From Alphaproteobacteria bacterium (GTDB taxonomy: Bacteria > Pseudomonadota > Alphaproteobacteria > SMXP01), in assembly GCA_028285305.1 (NCBI GenBank), contig JANQPV010000037.1:94838-158837 (forward strand): a DNA stretch of 64,000 bases, given 5' to 3'. The notes under the pieces were generated by a model. It was not told where the DNA came from. It saw only the letters and a list, made by a program, of their open reading frames with translations, and did not search any database. The position numbers and the translations under genes are program-made. The stretch's first letter is position 1. Every line of letters begins with the position of its first letter. Shown here one piece after another: positions 9,881 through 19,216 of this stretch.

Positions 9881-10768
9881 CTACAAGTGCAGTTTGCCTT
9901 CAGCGACGATGACGGCTTCGCCCCCAATATGAGCTGAAGCGAGAGATCCGTCCTGGACATCCATTTCGAGCGTAATGACAGACGGGCGCTCCATTTCAAA
10001 TCCCTGTTCAAGAGCGACCGTGTGGGAACCGTTCTGCAGAGTTTCAAATTTCATAACCACGCCTGCAAACCCGGCCGCGGCCGATCCGGTCGCTGGATCT
10101 TCCGGAACGCCGGCCCTCGGGGCAAACATACGCGTGTGATAGTTCTTCTTCGGATCATCCGTTTCGGGACAATACACGTAGACGCCGACCAACTGATCGG
10201 AACCGAAAGCCTCATCCCAATGGCCCAGATCAGGACTTGCTTCATTAATGGCCTCTCTGCTTTTGACCGGGACATAGGCAAACGCCACTCCCGCTGAAAA
10301 GTAGCTGGGAGCATGCGCGTCAAATCCTATATCGTCCGTGGACAACCCAAGCGCTCGTGCCGCCGCACCGGAATTGGGCCCAACGCCAACTTCTTCTGGA
10401 ACTTGCGGCACTCGAAAGCGCGCAGAGGCCGATAATGCGCTTTTGGTGGAAACTTCGCAGGGCACCAATCCCACATTTTCATGAAGAACCACTCGCTCGC
10501 CTGCCCCAGCCTTGAGCGAAAGCCAGCAAGCCGCGCCCACGGTCGGGTGACCGGCAAAGGGCATTTCATAGGTCGGGGTAAAGATTCGGATACGCCCCGT
10601 ACTATCTTCTCTCTCCCGCGCAAGGACGAATACCGTTTCCGAAAGATTGAATTCCCGCGCGATCTTTTGCATCGTTTCCGAACTCAGCTCATCCGCATGC
10701 GGCACAATGGCCAGAGGATTCCCCTCCAACGGCGTATCCGTGAAGACGTCAAGTACGGCATAATCCAT
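9881..10768 (-). CDS. PhzF family isomerase (phenazine biosynthesis PhzF-like)
   Basis: MDYAVLDVFTDTPLEGNPLAIV... is a PhzF/DAP-epimerase-fold signature. The likely start is Met32 of the 326-aa ORF. Confidence 0.7.
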   Translation of the reverse strand: MDYAVLDVFTDTPLEGNPLAIVPHADELSSETMQKIAREFNLSETVFVLAREREDSTGRIRIFTPTYEMPFAGHPTVGAACWLSLKAGAGERVVLHENVGLVPCEVSTKSALSASARFRVPQVPEEVGVGPNSGAAARALGLSTDDIGFDAHAPSYFSAGVAFAYVPVKSREAINEASPDLGHWDEAFGSDQLVGVYVYCPETDDPKKNYHTRMFAPRAGVPEDPATGSAAAGFAGVVMKFETLQNGSHTVALEQGFEMERPSVITLEMDVQDGSLASAHIGGEAVIVAEGKLHL

Positions 10769-10797
10769 GCGGGCAGCCTCTCCAAACTGCGTGGTTC

Positions 10798-11490
10798 TTG
10801 ACAGATAGTATCTCTTCCGTATTATATTTACAACCCGACCGGGCGGGTTTTTTGAGAACATTTAGGATCGCCGATGTGACCGTAACCGACGCAGAACCCC
10901 GCAAACAACAAGTGCGCAGCGCAAAGTCTCAGGAAAAGATCCTCAAGGCCACGCTCGCGTGTTTGGCGGATCACGGGTATGCGGAAACCTCCCTTAACCG
11001 CGTGGTGGAGATGGCGGGCCTCTCCAAAGGCGCGCTGAAACATCACTTCCCATCCAAAGAAGATCTGATCGTTGAAACCGTGAACTATCTCCTTCACCGC
11101 ACCGAGGTCGCGTTTGAGCTTCACAAAGAGAAATGGGCCAAAACGAAAAGTCCTGTGGGCGCCTATGTGGCATTCCTTTGGCAGAAGTTGATCAACACAA
11201 AACCCTACTTCGCGCTCATGGAAATCCTAAATGCGGCGCGCACGGACCCTGCCCTCGCCGAGCGCATCTCGTTTGCTCTGCAGACATGGAGTGACCAGCG
11301 CGTACGCAACGCGGACTTGTTCCAGTCGAGCAAGGGCGATGAGGACGTGGCGCTCCTCACCACCATGACGATTTGTCTGATGCGCGGTCTATTGGTGCAG
11401 AAACAGTTTTCGAATGACCCAAAGGAGCAACAAACAATCATCGAGCGCTGGGTGGAACTGATCGCGCCCTCGATGACGTTGCGAGAGTAG
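10798..11490 (+). CDS. TetR/AcrR family transcriptional regulator (AtuR-like position)
   Basis: HTH region KILKATLACLADHGYAETSLNRVVEMAGLSKGALKHHF. The ORF-track start is a TTG; the true start is more likely the in-frame GTG near 10876. The gene is divergent from the Atu-like operon, as atuR is in Pseudomonas. Confidence 0.8.
   Translation: MTDSISSVLYLQPDRAGFLRTFRIADVTVTDAEPRKQQVRSAKSQEKILKATLACLADHGYAETSLNRVVEMAGLSKGALKHHFPSKEDLIVETVNYLLHRTEVAFELHKEKWAKTKSPVGAYVAFLWQKLINTKPYFALMEILNAARTDPALAERISFALQTWSDQRVRNADLFQSSKGDEDVALLTTMTICLMRGLLVQKQFSNDPKEQQTIIERWVELIAPSMTLRE
10803..10813. promoter_or_regulatory. perfect 5-1-5 inverted repeat AGATAgTATCT in the divergent TetR / PhzF-AtuA intergenic region (candidate TetR operator)
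   Basis: The palindrome is read directly from the sequence. It lies in the roughly 100 bp AT-rich gap between the divergently transcribed TetR gene and the catabolic operon. Confidence 0.35.
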
Positions 11491-11607
11491 ACCAGACAGT
11501 CATCGCGAGGCCACATCGTGGCCGGCGCGAACCAGGGGCCGCCAAGTCTGATAGCGTTGCCTGGATTGCTTCGACGCGCACAGCGCAGCTCGCAATGACG
11601 CCTCCAA

Positions 11608-12882
11608 TCAATGCATCTTAAAGCGGATCGGAACGGACTTTGGTCCGCACACAAAATTTGCCTGAACCCGCTGCGGCGCACCGCTGAGTTCGATCTCATC
11701 TAGACGCGGCAACAGTTCTTCCCAGAAGATCCGCATCTCCATTTTGGCGAGATGCTGTCCAAGACAAACATGCGCGCCATAGCCAAAGGCCACATGCTTG
11801 TTGGAAGGACGCTCGACGGAAAAGCGGAACGGATCGTCAAATACCTCTTCGTCCCGGTTGCCGGAAGAATAGCACAGCATCAAGCGATCGCCTTGTGAGA
11901 CCTTCTCGCCGCGCAATTCCGTATCCGCCGTGGCAAAGCGCATGAAGTGCTTCACCGGGGTCGTCCAACGAATAGACTCGTCAACATAATTCGGAATAAG
12001 GTCCAGATTTTCTTTCAGCTTACGGAACTCATCCGGGTTTTCGCACAAAGCCCAAAGTCCGCCCGCCGTGGAACCGGACGTGGTGTCATGTCCTGCCGTT
12101 GCCACGATCGTATAATAGCCGATGGCTTCAAAGTCACCCAAACGCTCCCCATCGATTTCACCGTTCGCAATCACAGTGGCGACATCGTCTTTCGGGTTTT
12201 CCCGGCGATCCTTGGTCATCGCATTAAAGTATTCGGTGAACTCAGCCATCGTCCCCACAAGTTGATTGAACCGTTCTTCCGGCGTCAGCTCGGCCTTGCC
12301 CACCCGGCTGTTGTCCGGATCTTCAGGTCCGAAGAGCTCTTGAGTGAGTTGGAGCATCGTGGGCTCGTCTTCTTCCGGAACACCCAGAATCTTCATGATC
12401 ACGTGCAACGGATAGAGAAACGCCACATCCTTCGCGAAATCGCATTCCGTTCCGAGGCTCGCCATGTGGTCGACAAATCCTCTTGCGATGACCCGGATAT
12501 CATCTTCCAGCTTGCGCAGGTTCGGCGGCATAAACCAATTTTGCGTCAGCATACGGTGTTTCATGTGATCGGGATTGTCCATCTGGACAAGAGACCGTAC
12601 CAGATGAGGGCCGCCGACCATCTTGTGAACGAACTCTTCCCCTTCAATCGTATTGATTGGGTTCGAATGATCGCCCGCGTGAAAGAGTTCATTGTCCTTT
12701 TCCACCGCAAGGATGTCGGCATGTTTGGTCACCGCCCAGAACGGATGGAACCCGTCAACCTTAGCAACCGCAAGGGGCATTTCCCGGCGTAGGAACGAGA
12801 ACGTGTCCTGCAGGCGGTCTTCATCCGCATACGCCTTAGGGTCTACAAGATCGAATGCTTTATCTGAGGGAATGATCTGCAA
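11608..12882 (-). CDS. cytochrome P450 monooxygenase
   Basis: Heme-binding loop FGYGAHVCLGQHLA, EXXR, and an I-helix region. 424 aa. Confidence 0.9.
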   Translation of the reverse strand: MQIIPSDKAFDLVDPKAYADEDRLQDTFSFLRREMPLAVAKVDGFHPFWAVTKHADILAVEKDNELFHAGDHSNPINTIEGEEFVHKMVGGPHLVRSLVQMDNPDHMKHRMLTQNWFMPPNLRKLEDDIRVIARGFVDHMASLGTECDFAKDVAFLYPLHVIMKILGVPEEDEPTMLQLTQELFGPEDPDNSRVGKAELTPEERFNQLVGTMAEFTEYFNAMTKDRRENPKDDVATVIANGEIDGERLGDFEAIGYYTIVATAGHDTTSGSTAGGLWALCENPDEFRKLKENLDLIPNYVDESIRWTTPVKHFMRFATADTELRGEKVSQGDRLMLCYSSGNRDEEVFDDPFRFSVERPSNKHVAFGYGAHVCLGQHLAKMEMRIFWEELLPRLDEIELSGAPQRVQANFVCGPKSVPIRFKMH

Positions 12883-12912
12883 TGTACTGTATCCGTTTAG
12901 AGTTCGTTCTGC

Positions 12913-13710
12913 TTACTTGCCAACATAGTTGGGTTTGCGTTTCTCCATGAACGCTTTGGGTCCCTCGATCGCATCCTGCGTTCGGAAAACTGGTCCTGAG
13001 ATCTTGTTTTCGAGCTTCAGTGCCTCTTGCTCCGGCTTGCCGAGGCATTCCTTTACGGACTGGCGTATCGCCTTCACGGCAAGAGGTCCGTTGCCGGCGA
13101 TCTTTTCGGCGATCTCCATGGCCTTGCCCATCACATCGTCGGTGACGTAGTTGAGAAAGCCCATCTCCAAAGCATCACTTGCTGAGATAAGGTCACCTGT
13201 CAAAAGCAGTTCCATCGCCTTGGCGTAGGGAATTTGCACCGGCAAACGAACGGTGGACCCGCCTGCGGGGAAAAGAGCCCATTTCACCTCTTGCACGCCG
13301 AGCTTCGCGTCTGGGTGCGCCACACGTATATCCGTTCCCTGAACGATCTCCATACCGCCGGCAATCGCATGCCCGTTGATTGCGGCAATGACCGGCTTTT
13401 CAACGTCGAAATTTCGAAGGAGCGCCCGGCTCGTAAGCCCGGGATCAGCAGCCACCTTTTCATCCCATTCATTCTCGGGCTTGCGCGTGCCGGACACCAT
13501 GGGGATCAGTTGCGCCAGATCGGCTCCCGCGCAGAAGGCTTTCCCGTTGCCGGTCAGCACCACGACTCGCACATCATCATCGTCCCGGGCGTTTTGGAAC
13601 CCATCGGCCAATCGAACGGCCACTTCAGGATTTATCGCATTCCGGGCATCCGGGCGATTCAGAGTGATTGTCGCAATATGATTGGCGACTTCATAAGTCA
13701 CGAGAGCCAT
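12913..13710 (-). CDS. enoyl-CoA hydratase/isomerase family protein
   Basis: Crotonase fold: ITLNRPDARNAINPEV, FCAGADL. 265 aa. Confidence 0.85.
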   Translation of the reverse strand: MALVTYEVANHIATITLNRPDARNAINPEVAVRLADGFQNARDDDDVRVVVLTGNGKAFCAGADLAQLIPMVSGTRKPENEWDEKVAADPGLTSRALLRNFDVEKPVIAAINGHAIAGGMEIVQGTDIRVAHPDAKLGVQEVKWALFPAGGSTVRLPVQIPYAKAMELLLTGDLISASDALEMGFLNYVTDDVMGKAMEIAEKIAGNGPLAVKAIRQSVKECLGKPEQEALKLENKISGPVFRTQDAIEGPKAFMEKRKPNYVGK

Positions 13711-13763
13711 GGTGTTTCCATCCTATCCGTTTTGAGAGGTCATTTTGGCCCATGTGATGGCAT

Positions 13764-14087
13764 ATGTTTTTCGTGCGCGCAATCGGCGGACGATTGTACA
13801 AGCGTGACTGTTTCTTTTATGGTGCGCCAAAATCGCTGGAGGAAACACGAGTGGAGCTTACGGCAAGCGACTGGCTCATTGTGGTGGGTCTCGGCGGGAT
13901 TTGGCTGGGCGTTCAGATCCTTTGGGTCGGCGGCCTGCCCCGTCAATTGCGAAGCGGTGAAACGCCGACAGCCCCCAAGGGAACACCAGAAGCATTCGGA
14001 CTCTTTTGGATGGATCAATACGGCTATATCGGCCTCACGCTCGGGCTTGGCGGAGCCCTCCTCGCAGGGATGGGGGCGCTGTCATGA
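13764..14087 (+). CDS. small hypothetical membrane protein (two predicted TM helices)
   Basis: It has hydrophobic stretches LIVVGLGGIWLGVQILWVGG and YIGLTLGLGGALLAGMGAL. Its stop overlaps the ATG of the downstream MAPEG gene (ATGA). The start is uncertain. Confidence 0.35.
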   Translation: MFFVRAIGGRLYKRDCFFYGAPKSLEETRVELTASDWLIVVGLGGIWLGVQILWVGGLPRQLRSGETPTAPKGTPEAFGLFWMDQYGYIGLTLGLGGALLAGMGALS

Positions 14088-14467
14088 GTCAAATTCCAAT
14101 CACTGCTCTCTATGCCGGCGGTCTGGGCCTCCTATCTGTCCTCCTAGCCAACTACGTGCTCTATGCAAGGATCAATGCGCGCACCTTGCCCAAATGGAGC
14201 CCCGACGCTGCCCTTAGGGTGCAAGCCAATTTTGTCGAAAACGCGCCGCTCGCGCTCATTCTCCTTTATCTCATCGAAGTCAGCGGAGCGAGCGCATCTA
14301 CAATGCACGCATTTGGTACGGCGCTGGTGATCGTCCGTCTCCTGCATGCTTGGGGATTGGCGCGCCATGAAGGAGCCAACTATCCAAGATTGATTGGCGC
14401 CCAAGGCACCTTTTTGCTCATGTCCATCATGAGCGTAACGCTCGTTTACAGCTACCTTATTCAATAA
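14084..14467 (+). CDS. MAPEG family membrane protein (microsomal GST-like)
   Basis: MSQIPITALYAGGLGLLSVLLANYVLYARINA...ENAPLALILLY is typical of bacterial MAPEG proteins. The start is at Met27 of the listed ORF. Confidence 0.65.
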   Translation: MSQIPITALYAGGLGLLSVLLANYVLYARINARTLPKWSPDAALRVQANFVENAPLALILLYLIEVSGASASTMHAFGTALVIVRLLHAWGLARHEGANYPRLIGAQGTFLLMSIMSVTLVYSYLIQ

Positions 14468-14500
14468 CGCGAAAAGACCGACACGGTGAGGGAGACCCCG

Positions 14501-16093
14501 ATGACCATCGAGAAAATACAATGTGTTGCCGATTGCGTTCGCTATCATGCGGAACGCCAGCCGGACAAAGTGGCGACCATGTTCGACGACCGCATTACGA
14601 CCTATGCGGACTTAGACACATTCTCTTCGCGGGTTGCCAACGGGCTGATCGCTGAGGGGATCAAGCCCCAGGACCGGGTTGCCTATTTGGGAAAAAACAG
14701 TGACCTGTACGCGCAATTGCAGATGGGCATCAGCAAAGCCGGCGCCGTCGTCACGCCCGTCAACTGGCGCCTCGCGGCGCCCGAGGTCAAAGGCATCCTC
14801 AATCACTCGGACGCCCGCATCCTCTTTCTTGGGGATGAATTTGTCGGCATGATCAACAAGATAAAGGGCGAACTCCAGAGCATTGAGAAGATCATCGTCA
14901 TGGAAGAGGCGACCGCTGACTATCAGGATTATGCCTCGTGGCGGGATGCCCAATCCGACACAGATCCAATGGTTCCAATCTCCGGAGAAGATATCTGCTT
15001 TCAACTGTACACCAGTGGGACGACGGGCACGCCAAAAGGCGTCATGCTTAAAACCGAGGGCGTGTTCGCTGGGTTCGAAGGCATTCCCGGCGTTTTTCCG
15101 GAGGAGTTTAAAGGGACCTGGCGCGAGCCGAACGAAGGCGAAGTATCCCTTCTTGTGGCCCCCAATTTTCATCTGAGCGGCAACGGCAATTCCTACCTCA
15201 CCCTGCGGGAAGGCGGCACGCTTCTCATTCATCCTGACTTCGATATCGAGCGGATCCTGTCGGACATTGAAAAGTACAAGATCAGCCGCGGCTTTATGGT
15301 GCCGGCCATGATGAAATTCGTCATTGACCGGATCAAGAAAGGCGCTGCCGATCTCAGCAGCCTGCGCGTCATCACCTATGGCGCCTCCCCCATCCCGCCG
15401 GAACTGATGAAAGAGGTGGTGGATCTGATCGGCTGCGGTTTTGTGCAGATGTACGGCATGACGGAGATCGGCACCAGTTGTACGTTTTTGGAACCGGAAG
15501 ATCACCTGGACTTTGAAAGTCCGCGCCTCAAAAGCTGCGGCAAAGCGGGCGATATCTTTGACATCAAGATCTGCGATCCTTCCACCGGCGCCGATCTGGC
15601 AACCGGCGAAATCGGCGAGGTCGTCATCCGCACACCCACTTTAATGGCCGGCTACTATAAGAACCCGGAAGCCACGGAAAAAGTGATCAAAGATGGCTGG
15701 TACTACTCGGGCGACGCAGGTTATCTGGACGAAGACGGTTTTCTCTACATCGTTGACAGATTGAAGGATATGGTCGTCTCGGGCGGCGAGAACATTTACT
15801 GCGCCGAAGTGGAAAGCGCCCTCGCCGAGCACCCGGCCGTGGCCGAGGCAGCCGTCATCGGCGTACCGTCCGAGAAATGGGGCGAGGAAGTCAAAGCGCT
15901 GGTTCGCCTGGAGCCCAATCAATCCGTCAGCGAAGTGGATTTGATCACCTTTACCCGCGAACTGCTGGCCGGGTACAAGGTACCCAAATCCATTGAGTTC
16001 CGCGAAGAGCTGCCTCGCAATCCCTCCGGCAAACTCCTCAAGAACGTGCTGCGCGAGCCCTATTGGAAGGATCACGAACGCCGAGTGGGGTAA
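14501..16093 (+). CDS. AMP-dependent acyl-CoA synthetase/ligase
   Basis: AMP-binding motif YTSGTTGTPKGVML and C-terminal GKLLK. The ATG at 14501 has a GGTGAGGGAG RBS; the track start is an upstream GTG. Confidence 0.85.
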   Translation: MTIEKIQCVADCVRYHAERQPDKVATMFDDRITTYADLDTFSSRVANGLIAEGIKPQDRVAYLGKNSDLYAQLQMGISKAGAVVTPVNWRLAAPEVKGILNHSDARILFLGDEFVGMINKIKGELQSIEKIIVMEEATADYQDYASWRDAQSDTDPMVPISGEDICFQLYTSGTTGTPKGVMLKTEGVFAGFEGIPGVFPEEFKGTWREPNEGEVSLLVAPNFHLSGNGNSYLTLREGGTLLIHPDFDIERILSDIEKYKISRGFMVPAMMKFVIDRIKKGAADLSSLRVITYGASPIPPELMKEVVDLIGCGFVQMYGMTEIGTSCTFLEPEDHLDFESPRLKSCGKAGDIFDIKICDPSTGADLATGEIGEVVIRTPTLMAGYYKNPEATEKVIKDGWYYSGDAGYLDEDGFLYIVDRLKDMVVSGGENIYCAEVESALAEHPAVAEAAVIGVPSEKWGEEVKALVRLEPNQSVSEVDLITFTRELLAGYKVPKSIEFREELPRNPSGKLLKNVLREPYWKDHERRVG

Positions 16094-16096
16094 GCC

Positions 16097-17503
16097 TCAC
16101 CGGATTAGTTTCGTCTCCGGATAAGCTGCCCGCCATCCGAACCAAAAAGCCCGGTGGGCAGGTAGCCGGGCGAGCCGGCGCCCGTCGGGGGCTGTGAGAT
16201 CGCTCTCTGTCATCACCCATCTGTCGCCTTTTTTGTCCGTGAGCGTCGCATCTCCATCGTATGAAACAAACGCTTCGCCATTGTGGGCGTACACCCGGTT
16301 GGCGCCCGTCTTGTCAGTGAGCACAACGAAGTTCTGCAGACCGATTGCGTTGATGTAGACGGGATTGTCATTCAAAAACGCAGTATCAATCGCCAATTGT
16401 TCATCCGGCGCCGCTTGAAAGCGCAAAGCCAAGACCTCTTGTTTGTTCTTCAGGCGGTCATCGTCAAAGGGAGTGTTGAACATCAACCGGTCGGTGGCGA
16501 AATAGTCCTGATAGGCAATCCCCTCGCCATAGTCCCGGCGGTGACCGGTCTTAAGCGACAGCACTTTCGTGTCCGGATGCCGCCGTCGCCATTCTCCCCA
16601 CGTGGTCGTCACCACACTGAAATGCTCGAGCTGAATGCCCTTCCCTACCAACGGACCGATGACCGGCTCGCCCTTGGTCGTGCTCCAAAGAGACTGCGTC
16701 TCCGCGTCATACATGAGTTTGTTGGACCGAAAGAGAAAACCGCTTGTCCCGAGCTTGTGATGTGTCCCGTTATGATTGGTCTTATAGGGGATCATCGCCC
16801 CGCACAGCGTACAATAGACGCCCGCGAACGGGGTGCCGCCCACCTCATCAACAACCATTTCATGCCAAGCCAGAATACGCTTGGGATAAGCTTTGGCTTC
16901 CCCGTTTAGGAAGACGCCAAAAACAATGTTATCCTCGTCAAGATAATCCGCCTTCTTGGCCGCGATCATTTTGGGACTGCGTAACGGCGGAATGCCGTCT
17001 TGCACCACTCCGCCCCATCTAACTTCGTCCAAACGGATGCGCGCGGTGTCCTGACGATCCCGGAAATAGGAGCCGAACTTAGGATCGATCCGTTCATATA
17101 GACGCGCTTTGAATTCGGCGTAGCCGTCCACATCAGCAGGTTCTTGGTTCCACCACCATTGATGCCATTTGTTCACATCGCTGCCGAAATTCTGTCCTGT
17201 CTTCTCCACCAACAATCGATAGGCCGCATCTTGTCCGCGCCGATCGATGGCGTAACTGAACACCTCAATCAGCATGGGGATGTAACCGGTCTGCCATTGC
17301 GCGCTGGCGATCTGTTCCACCTGGTCGATGAGGACTTCATCGGATGACAAGAGCAGCGCATCAAAAAGGACCGGATCAATCCCTTCCTCCAGCACAACGG
17401 TCGGCTCCAATTTCGCCGCCTTACTGACAGAAGTGAAAAGCAAACCGGCAAGCAAAGCGAGCGCAGCAATTGTAAGAAGTGCAATCACATGGGCACGGAT
17501 CAT
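16097..17503 (-). CDS. DUF3179 domain-containing secreted protein
   Basis: N-terminal signal/TM sequence MIRAHVIALLTIAALALLAGLLF. The conserved DUF3179 core is around FLNGEAKAYPKRILAWHEMVVDEVGG. Confidence 0.6.
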   Translation of the reverse strand: MIRAHVIALLTIAALALLAGLLFTSVSKAAKLEPTVVLEEGIDPVLFDALLLSSDEVLIDQVEQIASAQWQTGYIPMLIEVFSYAIDRRGQDAAYRLLVEKTGQNFGSDVNKWHQWWWNQEPADVDGYAEFKARLYERIDPKFGSYFRDRQDTARIRLDEVRWGGVVQDGIPPLRSPKMIAAKKADYLDEDNIVFGVFLNGEAKAYPKRILAWHEMVVDEVGGTPFAGVYCTLCGAMIPYKTNHNGTHHKLGTSGFLFRSNKLMYDAETQSLWSTTKGEPVIGPLVGKGIQLEHFSVVTTTWGEWRRRHPDTKVLSLKTGHRRDYGEGIAYQDYFATDRLMFNTPFDDDRLKNKQEVLALRFQAAPDEQLAIDTAFLNDNPVYINAIGLQNFVVLTDKTGANRVYAHNGEAFVSYDGDATLTDKKGDRWVMTESDLTAPDGRRLARLPAHRAFWFGWRAAYPETKLIR

Positions 17504-17671
17504 GGAAGCTCCTTTGAGGATTTTCTAAGGATCGTACCGGGAAACGAAATCTCCGCCCAATCAACCTCGCTCACATAGGCGCGGGGTCCGCGTGAGCGCC
17601 GCACACAATCACCTTCGTGCCTCTGATCCGTCAAGCGACCCGAGGCCGTATTAGATTCCGAAAGGGCCAAA

Positions 17672-19213
17672 ATGAGAAAAGCGAGCGTCAACATCGTCTG
17701 GTTCAAACGCGACCTTCGGGTAGAAGACCATGCGGCACTCACCCAGGCCAGCCAGCCCGGACCGGTGTTGCCGATCTATGTCGCCGAGCCTGAGTTTTGG
17801 CAGCAAAGCGATGCGTCCGCCCGGCAATGGGCGTTCGTGTCTGAATGCCTTGCTGAACTCCGCGAAACGTTTGCCGACCTCGGCCAACCCCTGATCGTTC
17901 GCGTCGGGGACATCATTGACGTGCTCGCAGATCTTTCGAGTGAGTTCAAAATCGCCGCCGTCTACTCCCATCAAGAAACGGGAAACGGCTGGACCTACGA
18001 CCGGGACAAACGCGTTGCAGCCTGGTTGAGTGAACGCTCCATCCCGTGGCGCGAGCCCCGTCAAAGCGGTACGATCCGCCGTCTGAAAACACGGGATGGC
18101 TGGGCAAAGAAGTGGGACAAGTTCATGAGCGGCAACACTTTGCCTGCGCCCCGGCTGACGCCACTGCACGACATTGCCCTTGGAACCATTCCATCATTTA
18201 GCGAGCTTAGACTGAAACCGGACCCATGTGCCGGGCGCCAGGCAGGCGGACGAACGGCAGGTCTAGAGCGCCTGACGAGTTTCTTGGAAAGCCGCGGCGA
18301 AACTTACCGCAAGTCCATGTCAGCGCCCGGTCCTGGCGCCGAACATTGCTCCCGGCTGTCGCCCCACCTGGCCTGGGGAACCCTCTCCATGCGCGAAGTC
18401 ACGCAGGCCACATGGAAACGGCAAAGAGACCTCAAACTGGCATCCAAACCGACCGGGTCGTGGCGGGGATCTATGACGTCGTTTTCCGGTCGTCTCCGCT
18501 GGCGGGACCATTTCATCCAGAAGCTCGAGGACGAACCGAGATTGGAGTTCAATAATCTGCATCCCGCCTATGATGGGCTGCGACCCGAAGAACCGAACCA
18601 GACAAAACTCAAGGCTTGGGCGGCGGGCGAAACCGGCCTGCCCTTTATGGATGCCTGTATGAGGTGCCTTAATCAAACCGGCTGGATGAATTTCCGTATG
18701 CGGGCTATGTTGCTGGCCACGGCCAGCTATCACCTCTGGCTTCCGTGGCAAGCCAGCGGCGAACATCTCGCCCGTCAGTTCACCGATTATGAGCCGGGAA
18801 TCCACTGGCCCCAAGTTCAAATGCAATCGGGCACGACCGGGATCAATACTATCCGGATCTATAATCCGGTGAAACAGGGTTATGACCAAGATCCGGACGG
18901 CGCCTTTACCCGCCGCTGGGTTCCGGAACTCAACGGGGTTCCTGATCGTTATCTTCACGAGCCATGGAAATGGGATGCCGCCGATACGGTTCTCGACAAA
19001 GCTTACCCTCGACCTTTGATTGATCCAGTTGCGTCTGCACGGGAAGCAAAAAACAAGGTCTATGCAGTACGAAAACGCCCGGACTTCAGAAAGGACTCTG
19101 ACCGCATACAGAAAAAGCACGGATCGAGAAAATCGGGGCTCCCTATGACTGGGCGCAAAAAGAGAAAATCCGTACCCAAAGAGCAGCTCGCTCTTGACCT
19201 GAAAGACCAGTGA
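17672..19213 (+). CDS. cryptochrome/photolyase family protein (FAD-binding; CPD photolyase or cryptochrome, class uncertain)
   Basis: Photolyase N-terminal alpha/beta domain (IVWFKRDLRVEDHAAL) and FAD-binding region (TGLPFMDACMRCLNQTGWMNFRMRAM...IRIYNPVKQGYDQDPDGAFTRRWVPEL). Confidence 0.85.
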   Translation: MRKASVNIVWFKRDLRVEDHAALTQASQPGPVLPIYVAEPEFWQQSDASARQWAFVSECLAELRETFADLGQPLIVRVGDIIDVLADLSSEFKIAAVYSHQETGNGWTYDRDKRVAAWLSERSIPWREPRQSGTIRRLKTRDGWAKKWDKFMSGNTLPAPRLTPLHDIALGTIPSFSELRLKPDPCAGRQAGGRTAGLERLTSFLESRGETYRKSMSAPGPGAEHCSRLSPHLAWGTLSMREVTQATWKRQRDLKLASKPTGSWRGSMTSFSGRLRWRDHFIQKLEDEPRLEFNNLHPAYDGLRPEEPNQTKLKAWAAGETGLPFMDACMRCLNQTGWMNFRMRAMLLATASYHLWLPWQASGEHLARQFTDYEPGIHWPQVQMQSGTTGINTIRIYNPVKQGYDQDPDGAFTRRWVPELNGVPDRYLHEPWKWDAADTVLDKAYPRPLIDPVASAREAKNKVYAVRKRPDFRKDSDRIQKKHGSRKSGLPMTGRKKRKSVPKEQLALDLKDQ

Positions 19214-19216
19214 GCC

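Noticed and set aside
14612-15505. 297-aa minus-strand ORF
   Set aside because: It is antisense to the acyl-CoA synthetase, which has clear AMP-binding motifs, and it has no homology signal.
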